From NCBI GenBank assembly GCA_001643675.2, contig LSRY02000004.1:620001-684000 (forward strand): a stretch of 64,000 bases of DNA, given 5' to 3'. How positions within the stretch are numbered: position 1 is the first letter of the stretch; each line of letters opens with the position of its first letter. Below, piece by piece: positions 55,901 to 64,000 of the stretch. Origin of the DNA: Monocercomonoides exilis PA203 (lineage: Eukaryota > Protista > Preaxostyla). Under the pieces are notes generated by a model. The model was not told the DNA's origin. It did not search any database and worked only from the letters and a program-made list of their open reading frames with translations. A program made the position numbers and the translations under genes.

Positions 55901-58900
55901 GTTTTCCTTGCCAGTCGCCGTCTTCATTCCCAAATTGTCCCACGCTTGTTTCACCTCTCCCTAAAATATAGCGAATATTCATTGAAGGTTTATAGTTTAC
56001 GAATCCATTCAACACATCATTTCCCCATTTGTTTCCGTCGTTGCTTTCTTTTCTATTCATTCCACTATCAGCTCCTCCAAACGCAAATTCTGAAGCATCA
56101 TCGTCCCCATCATCAAATACAATCTGACCGTTTGCATGAAGAGGGTTTCTCACATTTACAAACATTCCGTTCACAAAAAGAGCTGCTATTGATAATGCAG
56201 AACATGAATCATGATCAGGGCTGTTGAGCTCAAGGCACAGTGGCTCGAGAGGTTCAATCATCTGTTTCCTAACTGGGCAAAGAGAGCAAAAGCAAGTGAA
56301 TAGAAAACGAACCAAGGAAATGAAAAACACATTTCTTGGAGTCGTATCCCAATGAGACAATGACGAAGATGGAGACATGGAAGTTTCAAAAAATGATTTT
56401 GACTGAGATGAAGATGAGAAAAATGAAAGCGCGCCTGCTGAATGTGTGCGATAATGCATAAGATCTCCGTTCATCCCTCCCCCAGTCGTGTTTTGATTTT
56501 CTGATCTGAGAGCGTCCATAACCTGCGGCAGAGATGTGTCTGAAGCACCAGGTGATGACATAACAAATGTTGTTGAAGACCGGCTATCCAGCAATTCCAC
56601 TTGCTCCTTGAGTAGTTCAAGCCCTTGACGAAATGTCCGTAGAAGAATATGGCATCTCCTGCAAATTGTTTCAGTTCCATTTCCTTGAACATTTCCGTTT
56701 GGAGTGATAGTCGAGCAATAATTATCAAATTCAACTCCAGACTCTGGCACACATTTCATAAACTTGCATCCGTCAAAGCCCATTTGTTTCAAAAATGGCC
56801 CGGCTGCTTTCAGAAGATCAGAAGCATCAGATACCGCAATGTGTATATCATTTGCATCTTCTGTGAAAACAATAGCAGGGAATTGAGTGATATGACTTCT
56901 ATGGCTTGATGGAAGAATTTGCTTTGTAACCCCGTTTGATAGTCCAGACGGTGGTATTCGAAAAGAGGAAGATGAAGATGACGAAGTTGAGCCAGATGAA
57001 GAACTTGAAGGGAACTTTTTACCCAAACATGAATTGATAAATCCTGCTTGGTCGAGAATCAAGAAAAGCGTGTCTAGAAGATGCACACCAAGTAAAGACA
57101 GTTCTCCGAACCTGTTCTTTGGAAACAATTCTTTTTCTGTCATTGGGAAAAATCGACGAGACAAGATTCCCCTGCTGCTAAGTAGCAAAACAACGCATGA
57201 AACAAAAGTTTGTGCATTGTCTCCAAAGCAAGCAAGAGAATCGTCGAAGCCATTATCAAATAAAAAGGTTAGAAGATGAGCAAAGAACACAAGTGATCGA
57301 TAGCCAACAAGAGAGAACGAAGAATGGACAAGTCCTCTCTGGAGTGTTATATCTTCAACCGCAGCCTTTACAAGGTTACTGAACGAGGATTGCTTCAAAA
57401 TGATTTTTCCATCTGCTCCTTTTTCTGGATGGGCTTGTTCCTTTGCTTGAGAGATTTTACTCAGCTGTGGGAACATCCCCGTAAACAACTGAAGCGGTGC
57501 TGTTGAATGCAGAAATCCCTTTGAGCCAGATGAAAATCCAACAGTCCAATCACTTAAGAACAGAAGATGTGAGCGAATCAAGAAATCAGCAACTGTTGGT
57601 GGCTTTGCTCCATTCCAAGCTGTCGTACCTGTTCCTCCAATTGTTCCTCCAGTTGTACTTCCTCTCAATGCAGAATTTCCAATTGATGCTGGCGAATAAT
57701 CTTGTAACAAACAATCTTTGTCATTTGTAATTCCACATGCTCTTCCAATTGTATTATCCAATGATCGAGAATACAAATGGCGGACAGTTTGATCTTCAAT
57801 GGCACCAGTGGAGCTTCTTCTTCTTGCTCCACTTATATCTCTAAGAGCTGATGACGTATGATTTTGTCCTTGTGTTTGAATGAGTTTCAATCCCGATTCG
57901 CCAACGCTCAACGGATTGTGAGAAAAAGAATCCATTGAAGCTAGCCAAGGAGCGTTGTCTCTTCGAGAATTTGGATTTGAAGATGCTATTGAAGCTGCTG
58001 AAGACGGAGTCAAACTAGCAGCTGCGATAATTGGTGATAATGCAGCATTTGCACGATCTAAGTGATCCGAAGCAGATATTTCTGTTGACAAAGAAGACGA
58101 TCTTTCACGAAATACAACCCCAACGGAGTTTTTCTCATACACAATAAGATTTGCCCTTTCGTCTGTTGAGCTCATTCGGCGGTGACAGATTCCACCAAAG
58201 CTTGATTCTCTCTGTTTATATTGCTCAAGAAATGGATTGGCAGCTGATGAATTGAGTTCGTTGTTCCCAATTGAAGTTGATGCACCGCCATCAAACCTTT
58301 CTCCTAATCCATTCAAATTATCTGTGGCAGATTCCATTCCTGCTTTATTCAAAAGCTTAGACGCATATTGGCTTCGTTCTCCACGTTGTTGGACTAATTT
58401 TGAAGATTGATTTGCATTTAAATCTTTTGTTTGTTGATTGTTCTGTTGGTTGTTTTGAGAAAGCGATTTGTTGCCTTCTGGTGAAATGCTCATCAGCAGT
58501 GACCTCACAACGACATCAGATACAACAAGAGGAAAGACAGAAATTGGAGATAGAAGGAATGACAGTAATGGAGATGCTGTTTGTGCAGTTGAGTTCAAGA
58601 GTGAATATTCCATCGTGGTATCCCATGATTTTATCCAGAATTCAAACCACAATCCGACAACCATCCGGCAAACATGTTGTCCTTCCTCACTTTCCATCCA
58701 GTTGCAGCAGTGCATAAATGTTCCTCCAATGTATTCTCCTCCTTCTCCACTTTCTCGCAATGCCTCTTTAAGCTCATCACTTGCAAATATCCCACGACTG
58801 TAGCGTGCAAATAGATGTGTTTTCTCTCTCTTTCTCCTCCTACGCCTCGAATTAGCTTCTTCTTCATTATCTGCTCTTCTTCCTTTTTCTCCTCGTTTTC

Positions 58901-61900
58901 CTTTCTTTCCTCCTCCATCATTTCGTTCCTCACCATCACGCTCATTCTTTTCGGTTCCTTTCTGGAAGAACCATGCTGGAGGTTGGAAGCCTCGAACGCT
59001 GTCAATTGTTCCCGAGTCAATAATTTCTGAAGCATCATATTCACTCACTGCTCGATGTTGACTTCGCTGTGATATTGGTATATCTAAAGATGATGTTCCT
59101 CCTATTCTTTGGCGGGATTGTTCAAATCGCTCTGTGTCTCCAAGTTGTTTCCCTTGGTTTTGCAATGGTACAGTGTTCGACAAACCTTCGTTTTGTTTTT
59201 CTTCTGAAGAAGGGCGTGGTGCGGACAATCCCATAAACCTCAATAGCAAAGGAAGAAGGCTAAACATGTTCCCCCAAACTCCATCTGCACCGCTTGATGA
59301 TTTGTAGCTTTCCATCATCAAAGTTGAACTTTGCAGAGTCAATCTTCTAATGAGAGGGATCAGTAGCAAAAACAATGATTCGTAAAGATCACTGAGCACT
59401 GATGACAGCGGAGTAACCATTTGAGAAGATGAGAAAGAAAATGACAAAGCAAAAGGAACAATTCGCTTTGCAATAAATGCCAAGAAGTCACTGATTGCAG
59501 GTGGTGGTGGCTTGGTTGGAGGGCTAGAAAACAAAAGAGCAGCTCTTGTTTTTTCGTCGTCCGCTTCAAATGGAAAGTGTTCTTTTCCTCTTTCTCTTCC
59601 GTTTCTTTCTTCGGTTCCTAGCGCAGAGAGCGGGTTCTGACTGTGCAAAAGATCCATCCACAGAAACGATGTTGCTGAGCTCAATGTTCCTGCAATGTAT
59701 TCAATTTCCAGAGGGAACAAAGCAACGTTTCTGCATTTGTTCCAGTCAATATCAGATGGTAGAAGTGCATACAAGAAGTCCACGTGCTTTCCGAGTACAA
59801 TACTAATTGATTGACACTGGCTTTGAGGCGAAGAGCATGTGCCTCCTGACACATTACTGGGTTCGAAACTACTTTCTTTCTCGATAGGCAGTTCAAATGT
59901 CATGTTGTTTGATGATTCATTTGACAAACTGTTCTCGTGATCATCTTTATTATCCTTTTCGCTGGCATTGTTTGGTTCCAATGTTTTCATTTCTTCAGCA
60001 TTGTTATTCAGCTCATGTGATGAACTTGGTGATGAGGCGCAAGGTGAAGGAGAAACTCCATCTCTGTATTGCATTGCGAAAAACTGAGGGCATAAAACAG
60101 CAAGACGCACAGACATATTCGCAAGCATGGATGTTGAAGAGATAAACACCAGATAGATTGAAGGTGGGATAGTCACAGAGCACTCATCCTTCAGCCTCCA
60201 GAGAGAAAGCTCTGCATTCCTTTCTCTTGTGTGTGTATCCATCGGTGTGTTTCCGCCTGGTGTGAATGTGTCAAGACGCGATGCTGCAATTGACTGGCAT
60301 CTGCCAGTCGAAGGCGGAGTAAAATACCCGTAAAACATTCTGTCGTTTCGATAGTTACTTTTTCGAATGATATCTCCAGTTCCCAAATCCTTTTCCGGCT
60401 GTGGCGTATGCAAATCAGTGGAATGTGCAGATTGTTTCGCCAATAGATTGATAGGTAAAGACAAAAGAAGTGGGCAAATAGTGCAAGTGATAGAAGGAAT
60501 CAGAGGAGCCATTGCTGCTGATTCTATGGAAACCCTAAGTGTTGCCAGTTGAAGCGAGAAATTGATAATTAACGGCTCAACAGAGCAGAAGAACAACAAC
60601 AGCGGAGGAACAGATTCCGATGGCTCGTATGACGTAAAATCTAGTGCGGTAACGGCTGTCGTTGAGATATTCGTTTCAGATGAAGATGCAGACGATGTGC
60701 GTTGATACAGAGATTTCAGATTTGGAGAGCATGGTACAGAATGTGAAATTGGCGCAAAGCTTAAAAATGCTGGGTCTGGTGGTACTCTTGTCGTTATGAT
60801 TGAAGGCGCAGCAGTTTCAAATGGATCAAATGACGCAGGAATCAATCCGATTTGTTGCTCTGTTGTTTCGTTGGAAACTCCAATATTGTCTTCAGCTAAG
60901 TGCTCTTCGGCATTTGCATCTTGCTTGCCTCCTCTTTCGCTTGATTTATAGGATTCTGTCAGCATTGTTGCAAAGTTTATTTCTGCAGTCCATGGATTCC
61001 AAATGTCGATTACGCTCCGCCCGTGTAGCCAGATCTTCTGATCTTCCTCGCTCAGTGGCTTCAAGTTCCTCAGCAAATGCAGCACAAAGCGAAGCAATGT
61101 AACTCCAACTCTGTCTAATACATTTTGTGAGATAGACGATCCGGCACTTCCATTTGGCAGAGCAAACAACCACCAAACTGATTGATTATTCACAAGCGAC
61201 AAAAGAAGCATAAATATACACTCCATTTCAAACACATGCTTCATCTCACTTTTTTGATCTCCTTCCACACAACCCAAAAGTGATGTAAGCTTTTTGGTCA
61301 ATTTCCCGTTCCATTCATTTCTCGAAGAATCGCCTGTGCGCATATGCTGAAGATCTCTCAAATCAACAAAAACAGGGAGATGATCGTTGCAGTCAGCCAG
61401 CACGTCGTCAATAAGCTCAACAAGCAATCCAATCTCGAGAAGCGCAAATTCGTTCTTTGATCGAATGAGCCCTTTCCCAAACTCCGTTGCTCGTTTCTTC
61501 TCTTTCACATTGCCATTTTCTCCATTTCCTGACACTTCTGTTGATTGACTTATCCTGCTTTCATCAAATGTTCTTGCTTCATTTTTTTCGCTGCTTCCTC
61601 GTCTGTGTATCTCTCCAACAAATGAATTCCCATTGTCAATCTTCGTTCCATCTCCAAGCAGCGAAAACATGTCAAACAATTCTATTTTACTGCGGATCTT
61701 CAAAAGTCTGATTTCCTCTGAATTTTCTTGTTCCTGAGGAGGAGTGCAACTGTGCAATGCTTCTTTCTGCATATTTTCTCTTTCAGTATCTTCTGCTCTA
61801 TCGCCCTCATCGCCTTCAATCCCGAATTTGTCTTCAAATCCATAAAATGTAGCAAAGTCAGTTGAGACTAAAGGTGGAAACTCCACACTTCGATCACCAT

Positions 61901-64000
61901 CATTCCTGTCTTCCACAGCGAGTAACTCTTCATCTGCCTCACCTTTCATTTTGATTTCTCCTTCAGAGCATCTTCTGCCAATTGTATCGAGAATGCTCTT
62001 CTCGTGGTGAGTGGTTGGTGTTATTGGAACTTCTCCGTCTTTTGTCACATTTGCTGCGTTCTTTTCGCCTTGCCCGTGTGGAGACGGACATGGTGAATGG
62101 AAAGGATGGATAAGGCCTGTTGAGAAATTCCGTGTTGAGGCTGCTTGGAAACTGCTCTGGATTGTCGAGCGCAGAGGAGTCACAAACAACGGGAACGCAC
62201 AGTTCGTGATATCAACAAGTGATGCATACATCGGACGAGGAAGACAATCCCAAGGCTGCATAACATTGATCCACCACAGCTTCTTCTTCCAATTACCTTC
62301 GTTTTTCCCTTCTCTCTGCTTCTTTGCATCTCCTCCTTTCGTCCCAGTGGCTTTCTCATCTCGTCTCCGTGTCTCGCCTGATACCCCTTTCAACTTGCTT
62401 TTCTCTTTCTCTTCTCCCTCACCAGCCTTATCTCCTCCACTTTTCACTGGTTTCTTTTCTCGCTTCTTTGCAACGGGTGTGCTTGGATGTGAATGTGTTT
62501 GAAGGACCATCGCATTTAAACGACTGTTCGATGCAGGTGTTGACTGCTGTGACTGCATTTCCTGAACTCCTTTTTGCTTCAGTGAAGAAGACAGACCATG
62601 CAAAGGTGTTGAAGGTTGGGTGCCAAATATCAGTTTTGGAGAATTTCTGTTGAAGTTAACAAAATAAAACATATGAAAAATAAATTGAATGAAATATATT
62701 CAATAAAGTTGCAAATTAACCAAAAAAGGTTTAAAAAAAAAATCTATAGTAAAATTTTCAATCAAATTTCGTAAAAAAAAAAATCAAAGCTTACAACTCC
62801 AAGCAAAGCAATTCGAGTCTCTTTTTCAATAAAATCTTAATCATACTGTGCCATTTGATTCTGTGTCATTTGCCGTGGAGAGCTTGCTGCCGATGGTGAT
62901 TCTGATTTGCTGTTTCTGTGAGGCATCAGTCTTCCTCTGCTCATCAAAGGCTGTCTGGGCGAAGGGTCCTTTGGAGAACGGCTCATGATCGCTCCTCTCC
63001 TTCGAGTGGATGAATTTGGAGTTCCATAAAATATTCCTTCAGAAAAAGATAAAAAGATAGACAAAAATAATACAAAATTGTGCAAAAAATGTAAATTCCA
63101 TTACAAATGAAATGTGAAAGAATATTAGTGAAATAGATATATTATCAATAAAGGGGAAATAAATAATTAAATAAATATAAACCAATTTCGTGCGAGACAG
63201 GAGACTGTCTCTCGCTTTCACTCACCGTCCATCCTCTGGGCCGGAAGTACAAAGATGTGTTCTGCATGCTCCTGTCAAACGGGTTCATCCATTTTCCATC
63301 GATGAATTTCAGCACGCCGCTGCGGAAGAGACCAATAAGATACCCGTCCACCGACTCGTTGAAGATCCACTTGCTTTCGTTCAGTGCCTTTTTCTCTTCA
63401 GACGCCGAGCCGCACTCTTCGAGAAGAGAATACTTCGCTTGAGACTCCATCACGTTCATGCAGCACCAGCTGAAGATGCTCCGCAGGAAAGGCACACTCA
63501 GCGGCTCCTTCACCAGCAGATCAAAGTACTCGTAGAAGAACCTGCCCCAGTCGAGATAGTTCTCAGCAAGCTGCTTCAGCGCTGCTCGGCCGATCATTTC
63601 TCCACTCCCAGCTTTTCTTCTCCGGTCGTTTTTGGCTCCTTCCCCTTCATTTCCACCGCCTTCTTTGTTTGGAGCATTATTTGCTTTTGCTCCTTCTTTC
63701 AATGAAACTGGTGTTCTTGGTGAACCAGAAACACTAATTGGCGTTAGGCCAGTTATGTTCTGTGGCTGTTGCAGTCTCTGAAGTCTCACAAGAGACGTGG
63801 TTGAAGAGCGGCTGAACTGGGAAGCCGAAGAAAGGCCCAGTCGAACCAATGAGCCAGACTGCTGCATGGAATGAGACTGATTTTGCTTCGATACTTGATT
63901 TGATACAGCAAGTGGTGATGGAGTTGAGAGCGATGTTGTAGATGCAGATTTCATTGTGTGAGCAAGGACGGTTGAGGAGCCTCGTAAGTATGGAGATGAT
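40980..64000 (-). CDS. Giant (>7,550 aa, 5' end outside window) Ser-rich protein with a C-terminal degenerate HECT domain; exons >64000-63183, 63036-62847, 62646-40980
   Basis: A 21.7-kb open exon, with GT-AG introns 63182-63037 and 62846-62647 joining in frame. HECT-like motifs at ~41000-41950: ILGRVLGKCVADG, KFISGKELSPLDL, ELMEGG..VTEANKASFVDL, QLRALAKGF, MFTQNE, YVGGYDGDHPAIVSMW, LWITG. Confidence 0.85.

Noticed and set aside
63190-63705. 171-aa plus-strand ORF
   Set aside because: Explained by GC3-rich codons of the minus-strand exon, which splices in frame into the giant gene.

Overview
Eukaryotic, protist-like DNA: AT-rich intergenic tracts, short GT-AG introns, standard genetic code, and very long low-complexity proteins. 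The style resembles the oxymonad Monocercomonoides (inference only). In order: 3' part of a PP2C phosphatase gene; an RNF216-like RBR E3 ligase; an (AAAT)n microsatellite and a small foldback/MITE-like element; a structurally complete 6.26-kb DIRS-type tyrosine-recombinase retrotransposon (8106-14367; inverted terminal repeats, internal complementary region, AAT termini); a 4-exon CDIN1/C15orf41-like nuclease with a huge insertion; a 4,051-aa intronless beta-helix surface receptor with a degenerate kinase tail; a decayed region; a disrupted tandem S41-like membrane protease gene; and a >7,500-aa protein ending in a HECT domain whose catalytic Cys aligns to Ala. The most striking system is the DIRS element. 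It has no recognisable gag, and a 36-bp tandem array heads two overlapping frames. The frame that ends in the tyrosine recombinase stays open for ~4.4 kb across the RT/RNaseH gene except for one UGA in a readthrough-type context (UGA-CUA).
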